From contig NC_068989.1 of the NCBI RefSeq assembly GCF_001194135.2, positions 36,766,586 through 36,820,760 on the forward strand: a DNA stretch of 54,175 bases. The letters run 5' to 3'. Positions 23,990-34,893 of the stretch are shown piece after piece. The number at the start of each line of letters is the position of its first letter. Within the stretch, counting starts at the first letter, position 1. This stretch comes from Octopus bimaculoides (lineage: Eukaryota). A model generated the notes under the pieces. It was not told the DNA's origin, made no database searches, and saw only the letters and a list, made by a program, of their open reading frames with translations. The translations under genes were made by a program, and so were the position numbers.

Positions 23990-24535
23990 TGCAACAAAAA
24001 TTTTTATATCTTGGACATAGAGTTATCCAAGGTTTCACATCCACAAAGCAAAACCTTGTGGACAGCTTGTCAGACTATATAAATACAAATATAAAATATC
24101 TACATTGTAGATGTGAAGAAATGCTCAGAATTCAAGGAATACGTTCTTAAAAAAAAACGTTCATGAAGACGGGTTATCTCCCCTGAGTCAGTGGGGTGAA
24201 AAAAATCACCCTTATAGACCCGAAGTGGCCTAACTAGCAAACGGGGAGATCCAATTTCCCAGTATGTAGCGCTTGAAGCGGATACATTTAATGCACCAGG
24301 TTTCTTATAGTCCTTAAAAATTTTGGCTCCCTCTGCGATGCAGATCTTGAAACAGCTACTTCCATTAATATCTCCTCCAAGTCACTGGTCCTGGATAGGT
24401 TATTATTTCTAAGTACAGCGTTTGTATTGGTGGTAACATACATTGTGGGCCTGGTTACTCTATCTGTATCTATGGGTTGTTTATTATCTATGGTGGTGGT
24501 ACCAGGGTCTTTTGGTGACACTCTCTGTGTGTAAG
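23990..24535 (-). mobile_element. Internally deleted Penelope-like element, same family as 39065-40495
   Basis: The Thr/Asp-rich repeat (TTTIDNKQPIDTDRVTRPTMYVTT) is joined to the GIY-YIG C-terminus (INGSSCFKICIAE...RFKRYILGNWISPFAS*). The 3' UTR aligns with 39070-39320. Confidence 0.8.
24017..24080 (-). ncRNA. Decayed type I hammerhead ribozyme (PLE 3' region)
   Basis: Minus strand: ATATAGT-CTGACAA-G CTGTCCACAAGG TTTTG CTTTGTGGATG T-GAAA-CCTTGGA-TA-ACTCTAT. Stems I and II pair; the core has G8>A and C11.1>T. Confidence 0.65.
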
Positions 24536-24855
24536 TATACATATATATATATATATATATATGTAGAGAGAGAGAGAGAGCAATATATTTTGCCCACTAC
24601 TCCACTAAGTTCTGTTGATGTCCCCATTTGTAAATGTTGTCTGCAGTTTCTTGTGGTGGTTTTGTAGTTCAAGGTTTTCTCTTCTGCTTCAAATAATAAC
24701 TGCATAAAACAGTTTCAACAACTCAATAAAAGTATAAGTTTTTCCAAGTTATTAATGTTTCAAGAAAATTATATTGTGTTTGATTTAAAAAAAAATTTTT
24801 TTACTTATTTTTTATATTAAAAATAAAATATCTTCAAAACTTTCCTGTCTTTCAG

Positions 24856-24890
24856 AACCAAAAAGATTTCATTCATTCTGTGAAAGATAA
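24856..24890 (+). CDS. CCDC61: Candidate CCDC61 exon (NQKDFIHSVKD if phase 0)
   Basis: tttcctgtctttcag acceptor and gtaata donor; only phase 0 is open. Confidence 0.4.
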
Positions 24891-25892
24891 GTAATATCCT
24901 TTTTGTTATAAATCACATCTTCAGTATTCTGTTGATTGTAGTCTAGAAAATGGTAAACTGTTTTGTTTTTGTTTTTATGGTTTAGTCAATGTTGGTGGGT
25001 GTGGAGTACCACCTATGACCCTTTTTGGGGTCTCTGAAAATTGGAGATCTGGGTTCAGTACTTTGTAACAGAGTAGACTCTGCTAAAGGTATCCAAGAGA
25101 AAGGGGTTGGGTTTAAACTGGATGACTATATACCAACTAAGAGATAGATGGATTTATAAACAGAGAGAGAGAGACTGATATAGATAGATATAGGTAGGTA
25201 AATAGAATGCATCATGGGAAACAAAATATTACAACACTTCCTAGTTTTTTAGTGAAGTAAATGTTGTGACATTTGATGTGTAAATGATGAGTTCAATATT
25301 GTAAGAATCAAGGTTCTTGGAAAAACAATCTGTCACAAGTTTTGATTCCCAGTTGTGGGCAACTTACTTTTATTTACACCACTTCATATCTTTGAAAAAA
25401 GTTTGACAATTTCATTCTTCTGTTGTAAATTGGTAGTGTTGCAAGAATCATCAGGGATATAAGTGAATTAAAATTACTATAATTGTAAATAATATCTGTG
25501 TTGTGGACTTGGTTTATAAAGGTGTTATCTTTCTATTACAGATCTTATAACTGGGAAAGGTATGGGGAAACATGCTCCATTGAACACATTGCTACATCCA
25601 CCATTTGTCAGTATTTGTTCAGATTGTTTTGGGTAACTCTCTGAGCTGTGTCCCAGTCAGTCTCTATCTCCTTGAGATAACTTCCTCATCTGCAATGACC
25701 ATGTGACATGTTGCTGACCAACATGAGCCATTACCCCAGTTGGGTCCTCAGAGAAGAGAATGCAATATGTTGGATCCAACTTGGAAAATTAAGCAATATG
25801 ACCAAACAGTCTGAATTCACACACTTGAATCATGATGCATCCCAGTTTCCGATTAAAGTCATTGGTTGGATACAAAATTCAACCAATCATCA

Positions 25893-26225
25893 TCATTGTT
25901 TAATGTCCGCTTTCCATGCTAGCATGGGTTGGACGATTTGACTGAGGACTGGTGAACCGGATGGCTGCACCAGGCTCCAATCNNNNNNNNNNTTTGACTG
26001 AGGACTGGTGAACCGGATGGCTGCACCAGGCTCCAATCTGATCTGGCAGAGTTTCTACAGCTGGATGCCCTTCCTAACACCAACCACGTGTAGTGGGTGC
26101 TTTTATGTGCCACCGGCACGAGGGCCAGACATGCGGTACTGGCAATGGCCTTGCTCAAAATAGTGTTTTTTACATGCCACCTGCACAGGAGCCAGTCCAG
26201 TGGCACTGGCAACGACCTCGCTCGA
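25893..26225 (-). mobile_element. RTE-LINE 3' end (young copy), spanning a 10-N gap
   Basis: Reverse complement of the RTE 3' UTR. Confidence 0.82.
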
Positions 26226-26834
26226 ATCAATTATGGTAATCCATAATCCTGCAAAGCATTCTGGTACCAAAGAAAAGTTAAATTTTTATTCAAGTGGCTT
26301 TTAAAATTTGTGAATTCATTGTTCTTAGTGATTATGTAAACATGGTCTTAATGTCTTTGTAGACATGATTCTTAACATTTATATAAACGTCTCTTGATGT
26401 CATGGTTCTTAATGTCTCTGTAGAATATGGTCCTTAATTTCACATTCATTTAACAAATTCAGCTTGTATCACAAGAGTTGTGTTGCACCATCTAGTAATT
26501 CAACCAGCTGAAAAACTGGAAATCTTTTCCATCCTATATTTAAGTGGTTACTAGACATTGCATGCAGTTGTAAATTATATAGTTTATGTAATATCTTACA
26601 TTCTCCAGAACTATTAAGCCAAATTTTTATGAGAAAATGTCAAGAGGTTTTGAGAACATGAAATTTAGTCTGAGACAGTTGTTATCTGCAAAATTTGATT
26701 TAATTAGAGCTTAGCTTTTCTTCTGGCCACCAGTAATTATATATCGGGAATTGTGTTAAAGAGAAAGGAGAGGAAAAAATGCAAAAACTTGTCAGATGTT
26801 AAATGATACATAGATAATAATTTTTAGTTTCCAG

Positions 26835-26905
26835 GAAAATATTACTTCCTTAACTTGTCACTCATTCCTCAAAACTGTTACATCCACAAACACGGAAATC
26901 CAAAA
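26835..26905 (+). CDS. CCDC61: Candidate CCDC61 exon, reading frame unresolved
   Basis: tttttagtttccag acceptor and strong gtgagt donor. Phases 0 and 1 are open; phase 2 has TAA at 26851-53. Confidence 0.35.
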
Positions 26906-27076
26906 GTGAGTATAAACTATTTTGTGACTAATAAATTTATAAGTTTTGATCTCTGCTATTGAAATTAGCTTTGTAAAAAAGGTTTTTCTTTTGAATTTAA
27001 TGTTTTCTTGGACCCTTAAAACATGTATAAACACATGGATGACTTAAATTTAAACAAACATCGTATTTCAAATGTT

Positions 27077-28015
27077 ATAATAATAATAATAATAGTAATA
27101 ATAAAATAATGAAATTATTGTGTATAGTACTCAGGTGCACTACAACTCATCGAAGGTGCATGTAGAATACATAGAATTATGTCCAAAAGTCAGGAAAGTG
27201 AACAATGTATGAGTCATGATATACATGTGTGTATGCATATGGAGGACAGGGATATCAGGTGTAGTGTTGAATTTCAGGAATCATGGAGGTTTTAAAGGAT
27301 GCAATGTCTCGGCAACTAACAACTGATGCAGATAGTTTGTTCTATGCTTCAGCAACTCTGAGTGCAAAAAAATGTTTCTGAAAGTCATGGGACCTGTATT
27401 GTTTTCTGACTTTGTAGGCATGCCCACATGTGTTAGACACATGGAGCTCAAAAAGGTGCTCAAGGTGGTTGTTGGCATGATGGTTAATAATTTTGTNNNN
27501 NNNNNNCATGGAGCTCAAAAAGGTGCTCAAGGTGGTTGTTGGCATGATGGTTAATAATTTTGTGGGTGTTTACCAAGTCAGTTGCCAGATGTTGGAGCTT
27601 CAATGTATCTATACCCAGGGAAGCAAGGTGTTCAGAGTATGGTAGATGCCTGGTGGAAGGTATTTGCTTGGTTGCATGTCTCTGAACAGTTTCCAGGAGG
27701 TCAATGTCCTGAGCATGATAGGGGTTCCAGACTGGTGATGCAAATTCCAAGTGTGTCCACCCCATAGCCATATACAGCCTTAAATAGATAGCTGGAGAGC
27801 AGCTGACAAAGGTCTTGCTGAGTGATGCCAAGACACCTTTGGCTTTCTTGACAATTTTAGAGATGTGCTTTGTCCAGTGCAAATCACTGTTGACAGTAAT
27901 GCCCAGGTCATATTCACAAGAAGACTTTTTGATATTAGTGTTGTGGAGAGAGTATGTGGACGCTGGGTTTTTCTCCCCAAAATGCCTGGTGGTATACTTG
28001 TCGACAGCCAGCTTG
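27077..28015 (-). mobile_element. 5'-truncated CR1/L2-like LINE (RT C-terminus + 3' UTR + (TTA)n tail)
   Basis: DLGITVNSDLHWTKH...THLEFASPVWNPY...DIDLLETVQRHATKQIP...LPYSEHLASLG is the CR1-type RT thumb signature. Confidence 0.88.
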
Positions 28016-28860
28016 AGTTGTCAGTCTGTGATCCATTGTTGCATTATATTTGTACATCATTATCATCATCATCAAGACTTTAATGTCTAATTATTTATAG
28101 CTGCTTCAATGCATTATAACTGCATAAACAATTATGTAAGTAGGTATGTGAAAGCAATGTTGTGAATTGAACATTTAGATCAGCTCAAATATGTCTGGAA
28201 TATATTTGATTTGTAAAAAAGCCATTTTCTCTTAAGTTTGCCATGGAGAAAATTGTAGCTTTAGGTAATAGGTGTCAAAACACCAACATTTCAAGCTGTT
28301 TGGTTATCATCAACATAGTGTGCTACAAGAGAGACAACTCTAAAATGATTCTTGAAAGTCATGGCTTTCTTATAGAAAACCAATATAATTATGGACTGAC
28401 TACTTGTGACACTGGCTAGTCTCAAATAAAATATGTAGTAGGCACATGAAAGCAGTGTTGTAAATTAAATATTTAGATCAGTTCAGCTATGTTTGGGACA
28501 TAACTACAATTGTTATATTATAAACTATTTTTGTTAGGGTTTGAATTCAATTTTTGTTATGAATTTCTCATACAAATCTATAAAAACTGCTTATATGATG
28601 TGTATAGCCTAGTGGTTAGGGTGTTGACTCACAGGCATAAAGTTACGGGTTCGATTCTTGGACAGGACAGCACATTATGTCATTATGAAGTAAGGTACTT
28701 CATTTTATGTTGCTCCTGTCTACTCAGCTGAAGTGACTACCAGATATAATAATTGTGACTATCAGTTCAGTTGTTTGCAGTAATTATAATTAGTGACTGA
28801 ACTCTTTCTTAATTTAGACAGAAAACAAACTTCTCAATGCATCTGTTTTGATAATATGTG

Positions 28861-29215
28861 CAGGTATGCCAGTGTGGTTAAGAAGCTTGCTTTTCAATCA
28901 CATAGTTTCAGGTTCAGTCTTACTCCGTGGCATTTTGGGCATGTGTCTTCTACTATAACCCTGAGCCAACCAATGCTTTGTGAGTGAATTTGGTCGATGG
29001 AAACTTGTGTGGAAGTCTGTTGAATATATATATATGTGTGTATGTCTAAGTGGTGTTGGTTTATGTCTCTGTAACTTTGTAGTTCAGCAAAAGAGACTGA
29101 TAGAATATACCAAGCTTAAAAAATAAATACTGGGGTTAACCTGTTCAATTAAAACCCTTCAAGGCAGTACCACAGCATGGCTGCAGTCCAATGACTAAAG
29201 CAAAGTAAAAGATAG
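28861..29215 (+). mobile_element. tRNA-headed SINE of the 6061 family
   Basis: Head, core, linker and tail are all recognisable. Confidence 0.75.
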
Positions 29216-29502
29216 AAGGTAAACTATTGCAGATCACTGAATGCATTGTCATCATACAAAACTTTGGAATGGAGTTGGTTCCCTGTTTTATTATAAATTG
29301 ATGTTGGAAACTGAAAAAGTTTGAATCAGATAATGATGATGAAAGATGATGGTGGGAGTTTGAGATTACACAATATTCATGCTTTTCTTGTGGATGAAAT
29401 CAGAATGAAGTTTTCAATAGATGGGAGCTCATTTCTCTATGACATTCAAAAATATTTATGATAAATATTGATTTTCTTTTTCTTTTAATTCTTTCTCTTC
29501 AG

Positions 29503-29630
29503 AAGTTGATAGCATGGAACGCTCACTGGATATTAGTGAAATGAATGTTCTTGAGAGACCACTGGACATTGGAGAAATTGATGCCAAGCTGGAGCAATTG
29601 CAACAACAATTATTGAAAAGTGGTATATAA
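29503..29630 (+). CDS. CCDC61: CCDC61 last coding exon (VDSMERSLDISEMNVLERPLDIGEIDAKLEQLQQQLLKSGI*)
   Basis: Long pyrimidine tract with cag acceptor, phase 1, TAA at 29628-30. DIGEIDAKLEQLQ matches the human C-terminal DMAEIDARLKALQ. Confidence 0.88.
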
Positions 29631-29981
29631 TAATAACAACTTGAACAATTTAAACTCTCTTCTGAAATTTAGATCTTTTACATGTTAGTTGTATTTTAAA
29701 ATTTATAATTCATGCTTGTTATTATTATTAAGGCAGTGAGCTGGCAGAATCATTAGTGCGTCAGACAAAATGCTTAGCAGCATTTCTTCCGGCACTTTAT
29801 GTTCTGAGTTCAAATTCTGCAGAAGCGGACGTTACCTTTCATCCTTTTTGAATCAATAAAATAAGTACCAGTTGAGCACTGGGGTTGATGTAATCGACTA
29901 ACCTCTTCTCCCTAAAATTGCTGGCCTTGTGCCAAAATTTGAAGCCATTATTTATTATTATTGGGTTTTTATGTTATACAC

Positions 29982-29987
29982 AATAAA
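29982..29987 (+). terminator. Candidate CCDC61 polyadenylation signal AATAAA
   Basis: AATAAA about 350 nt after the stop, just downstream of a SINE. Other hexamers exist nearby, so the choice is uncertain. Confidence 0.25.
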
Positions 29988-30418
29988 CAGTGAAATTAAA
30001 CATGAATTTTTTTTTGCAGTAATTATGAAATACATTATTATACTGTCTAAAAAGATGAGGAAATGAATGTGTGTGTGGGTATTTGTCTAACCCATGCTGG
30101 CATGGATTGGACTATTTGAAGTAGTATGTTGTGGTTGGACACCTTGTCTATTGCCAAACCATATCAGTTTGACAAAAAATAGGATTTATAATTCCACTGG
30201 TCTTCAGAAGTGCAGAGCAACCGTTTCTAATGTCATTAAGGAATGTAAGCATCATATCACCATTTTATTCAGGCAATGAGAATGAAACTCTGGAATGCCA
30301 ACATTTGTGCACATGCATACACACACAGTATACAAGCATTATAAAAATATTCAAATCTATAATCCTTACTCCAACAAAGTAGATTCTGTTTTGCTTATGG
30401 CTCATTGATGAGCCTTTA

Positions 30419-30605
30419 CCTTTCAGCATTTAAACCGACCATATCTACCCAAAATATTCTGCCTGTTTTATGTCCAAACTGGCCTGATCTGGCTTCTCAC
30501 AATGTCACTCTAAAAATAAATGACATCATTGAAATCTTGAAGCTACAAGATAATGCATGATTAATTCAAAACAATATGTATAAATAAGCATTACATTAGA
30601 CATTT
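30419..30605. mobile_element. piggyBac-type MITE, reverse orientation relative to 33819
   Basis: cctttcagcatttaaa terminus; body homologous to 17512 and 33819. Confidence 0.65.
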
Positions 30606-31009
30606 TTATTCACTCTCAAACTTATCTTTTGAGTATTTTATTCTAAGTAGTCATAGTTTCTTTTTGAACTTGTCACCCTCTGGACTATATGAACATTATA
30701 CATATAGTTATAGGTGTGGTATGGTTAAGTCTGGATAAGATTTCTTTGAAGACATAACCAATGAATCAGAAATATAATTCTAGAAACAAGGGCTGTTATT
30801 CTTGTATGCCGTTCTAGCTCTATAAGAAAACAGTCCTCTAGCATTAAAGGAAGTATTTAGTTAATTAAATTTTTTGCGTTTTTTTTTCTATATTTTCTCA
30901 TTGTCTCACAGCAAGTATAATATTTATTCTGTTGATATTTTATATACATATGAAACACTGGAAAAGTTTACTTTTCATTTTTCTCTTACTTTTAACGAGT
31001 CAAGTATAT

Positions 31010-31290
31010 GATTACATCGTGGTTGTGATCACTTTGATAGATATGATATCTGGAATATTGTGTATGAAAGATAAGGATAGTTGCATAAACAAGTGCTGAT
31101 CACTTAAAGTGGGGGGAAGTTGTGGAAGAGGGAGACCCAGGAAGATATGGGGTGAAGTATTGAAGGCTGATCTCAAAATGCTGAACCTTACAAAGGAGCT
31201 GACAGAGGATCGAGATATGTAGTGCACTGCTGTACTTGACCAACTCTCAACAATAGAATTGAGATCCTAAAACCAAGGTGACACATAAAA
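31010..31290 (+). mobile_element. Old RTE-LINE ORF2 C-terminal fragment
   Basis: KDSCINKC*SLKVGGSCGRGRPRKIWGEVLKADLKMLNL is homologous to 10320-10470. Confidence 0.75.
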
Positions 31291-31931
31291 AGGACATATT
31301 AAGTATCATTGGTTACAACTAGAATACCTTTAATCATAGGGTCTGTCCAGTCAGGATTGACTAAACAACAACAAAGTACATTTTGGGTAGTTGTTAAAAT
31401 ATTTAATGGCAACTATTCTTCAAGCATTATTAAACAGAAAAACAATGATTTTAATGAAAATAAATGATTTATTGTCAGTCTGTATGCATGCATAATCATA
31501 GTTCTATACAACACCTTCATCAAAGTCAATAGTAAATTATTATCACAGAATCCATTCCAGTGTAGAGAAGAAAAAACACTTTGAAATTAATTAAACAGAA
31601 ACTACAAAACTACAAAATAATACAACTGTTTATATTTTTTCATAGAAGTTCTTTTTATGATGTAAACGCTCAAACTTTATTCTTCTGAAACATCAAATAT
31701 GATAATTATAAACACTTTGTAGACGTTGCCAGAGCAAAAGATGGCACGAGTGTTGCAATGAGATTTCATTTTTTTTAAAATTCCTCCTTGCATATGTAAA
31801 TATCTTATGGATGGATGGATGGCTGGATGGATGAATAAAGGTATAGTGATTGTATTATATGCTTATATTATGCAAATAGTTATCTATTTCAGTAGTTTCT
31901 GCTTAATGAAGATATATTAAAAAATAAAACA

Positions 31932-32201
31932 TTAATGGTTGGTTGAAAGAGTATTTTGTGACATTGATCTTTGATTCATTTGTAGAAGACATTTAAAAAA
32001 ATTGATTAAATCGAGAGGTGTTGAGTGACACAGTTCTAACCAGTGTGTACTTTTCCATGATACACTGCATGGTTCAAGACAAATGTAGTGATGCGTGAGA
32101 TGAGAAAGTAAGACTTCCAGAAGATGGTCTAACACTGGCTCAGGTAAAGGTAGGAGTCGAACAACCACTTTATTAAGGTAGTCTATTGTGGCATGGGGAC
32201 T
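31932..32201 (-). CDS. PTPDC1: PTPDC1 last coding exon (SPHATIDYLNKVVVRLLPLPEPVLDHLLEVLLSHLTH...TNH*)
   Basis: ttttatttctatttacag acceptor, phase 0. Aligns with the recalled human GQHQTILCVLHCIVNLQTIPVDVEEAFLAHAI region. Confidence 0.8.
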   Translation of the reverse strand, partial: SPHATIDYLNKVVVRLLPLPEPVLDHLLEVLLSHLTHHYICLEPCSVSWKSTHWLELCHSTPLDLINFFKCLLQMNQRSMSQNTLSTNH

Positions 32202-32319
32202 CTGTAAATAGAAATAAAAATAATAAATTTTTGTTGTTGTATTCATAAATATCTGAGCAGCATCGAAGTCAGAAAATATTCTGGTATGGTCCAAGCATAA
32301 ATTACACTGTGTGACACGA

Positions 32320-32769
32320 TTTTTGTCCTTGGTTAGCAACTGTGATTTCCTATTTGCTTACCCCTAGAAAGTATGAAAAATGGCTTATATTTCCTTCAAA
32401 CTTTGCTTTTGTTACATTTATTCAAACTCCAAAGAATCCCTCTCAACACATGGCTATGATGCTCCCCTACTACTCCTGCTCATGATCAGAGATGCACATA
32501 TTGCCAGCCACAAAAGGACATACTCAAGTGGTTATGGTCAAGCAATTGACTAGCAAATATGTGGTATTGAGCAGAATATTTGCTATAATGACATTTCTGC
32601 TTCAGCAACTCAGCATTAAATCTGTTTGAAATGTAATGAAAAATAGGTTGGTTTCAAAACATTGATTGTCCAGGGAATGAAAGCAAAGTTTGAAGGAAAT
32701 AGTAGTCATTTGCTTTATTTTCTAGATAGAAGCAAATAGGAAATAGCACTTACTGACCAAAGACAAAAA
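32320..32769. mobile_element. MITE with ~35-bp TIRs (TTTTTGTCCTTGGTTAGCAACTG...ACTTACTGACCAAAGACAAAAA)
   Basis: Imperfect terminal inverted repeats and a non-coding body; further copies at 49590-49980 and 51170-51760. Confidence 0.8.
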
Positions 32770-33818
32770 TAAAAATTTTGTGACAGTGTGTATAAGTTCA
32801 CATGCTCTCTCTTATGGTCACAACTATTACAAGTAGAAATTCTTTTATTCATTTAATAGCTTCAGTCGCAGGACTGCAGTCATTGTCTTTGACAGTTTTA
32901 ATCAATTATATCAACTTTAGTAAAGCATATATTTTATAAATAATTATCTTATTTTTAGAGACATTAAATATGAATACACTATACACATACATATGAAAGG
33001 ATTCTGTACAGTTTCCATTTACAAAATCATCAACACTTGCCCACGGAGCCACACAGACAATGATAGTAACATGTAAAGGCCAACATTAGTTGATATTACT
33101 AAATCTACAATAATGGTTAATGCCTTCGTTTTGAAGTTAAGAAACTACAAAGGGAAGTTATAAAATGAACTCTCAGTCATTGACGTATGACAAATGCTGT
33201 GTATTCCAGCCATCTGTAATCTGGATTCAAATTCAACTGATGTCAATTTTACTTTTTCGTCATTTTAGGGTTGATAAAGAGAAAAAAAACATACCAATCT
33301 GAAGTTTAATTTCTAATAAAGATGTCTGGTCATGTCATAATAATTGTAATGTAATCAATGCCAGAAAGTCAGTAGAAGAAATATACATTGAGGTTATGTC
33401 TGTTAGTAACAAAAACATGTATAAAGTGTGATGTAATGGAATTAAGACATAAGAGCTGATTTGTAGAATATCTGGAAAAGGTTGAAGAGAAATGAAATAA
33501 GCACAATGTTATTGACTTATATAAAATAAAACAAAACTGTAGCCATGAGATGAGAGACCAGCTTGATATCAAAGGTGTATGCAGGAGAGACAACTCCAGT
33601 TGTATAGATATGTAATGTGAAAAGATGATGAATGTTGAGTGAAAAAGTGCTGATATCAGATGTCTGTGACCAGATTTCAGGATGATATGACAAAAGATTT
33701 GAGAGAAAAGAAGATATGCTGTGTCATACATCCAGCCAGCCTATATTTGCACGGAAAAGAACAATGACAAACTGTTGTGCATATTAACTTTTATAGCAGT
33801 GCATGTCTGATTAACTAA

Positions 33819-34021
33819 CCTTTTAGCATTCAGATTACTTTGTCAAACTTAATGCTTATTTATTCACATTGTTTTGCATTAATTATGCATTATCTCGTAG
33901 CTTTAATATTTCAATGATGTGATTGTATTTTTGACAACACAGGGTATGTGTGAGAGGCCAGTTCAAACATAAAACAGGTAGAATATTTGGGCTGAATATG
34001 GCCAGTTTAAATGCTAATGGG
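33819..34021. mobile_element. piggyBac-type MITE
   Basis: (c)taa|CCTTTTAGCATT ... AATGCTAATGGG|ttaa. Confidence 0.75.
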
Positions 34022-34809
34022 TTAATATTGGATCATATCAGTGAAAATATGTCTATAGCTATCTCTGACTATTTGTACATATCGATAAACAAGACCTAGA
34101 CGAATATTCAGACATATTATGACACCTCAAATGTCTGGAATGTGCGTTTGTCAATTATATCAACTTCAAAACACAACTGGTAATTATTTTATTGACCTGG
34201 AAAGATAAAAGGTTAACCTTGGCAAGCTTTTAGGTCAACATAAAGGTATGTAATTAAACACCACAATGTAATTAGTCTGTTACTCTACTGATTTACCTAA
34301 TCGATTTATTGAGAATTTATTTATTTGTATGATCAACAAGTATGCTCCTATAGTCTGGAAATAATCAAAGTATAAATAAGAATCTATAAATGTTTATACA
34401 ATTTTCATAAGAAATGGTAACTGCAGCAAATGTTTTTAATATCATTGAACAAAAAGGCAATGAGCTTGCAGAATTGTTAGTGCTCAGAAAAAATGCTTTG
34501 CAGCATTTCTTTCTGAGTTTAAATACCACTGATATCAACTTTGCCTTTCATCCATTTCGGTTTGATAAAATAAAGTATCAGTCAAGTTACTAGGGTTGAT
34601 GCAATTGACCAACACCAATCCCTTAAAATTGCTGGCCTTGTGCCAAAATTTGAAACATTATTTAACAAAATTTAACTTCCGTAAATGTTCTAGAATACTT
34701 AGCTTCATGAAATATGGTTTTGTATTAGAGTGAAAGAAAGCAAGAAGATAACAGGGATCCTGATTCCAAAAGGTAACAAACTGAACAAAGAAATATCGCT
34801 TGGCCTTAC

Positions 34810-34893
34810 CTTTTCAAGAGTGCTGAGACCAAGAAATGGATCATCACTATATGTCAGTAAGGTTTTCGAATCTCTATAACGAAGAATTGGTTC
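34810..34893 (-). CDS. PTPDC1: PTPDC1 exon (EPILRYRDSKTLLTYSDDPFLGLSTLEK)
   Basis: Poly-T aag acceptor and AAG|gtaagg donor, phase 0 to 0. Matches human EPVITKEDVDMLVDRRADAAEALFLLEK. Confidence 0.88.

Noticed and set aside
24160-24240. PLE 3' hairpin considered as a SECIS element (some PLE lineages encode selenoproteins) or as a hammerhead
   Set aside because: The ATGA...GA arrangement lies antisense to the ORF and the helix above the quartet does not pair; no in-frame UGA sits at a Cys position. The spacing also cannot accommodate hammerhead stems I and II.
25934-26040. Tandem duplication of ~48 bp of RTE tail
   Set aside because: The two copies flank a 10-N gap, typical of unmerged contig overlap (assembly artefact).
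27445-27560. Tandem duplication of ~55 bp in the CR1-like element
   Set aside because: Identical sequence on both sides of a 10-N gap; assembly artefact.
28590-28730. tRNA-like A and B boxes (also at 590-650 and 48450-48510) considered as tRNA genes
   Set aside because: No complete cloverleaf or acceptor stem, and they run into repeat bodies; these are SINE heads.
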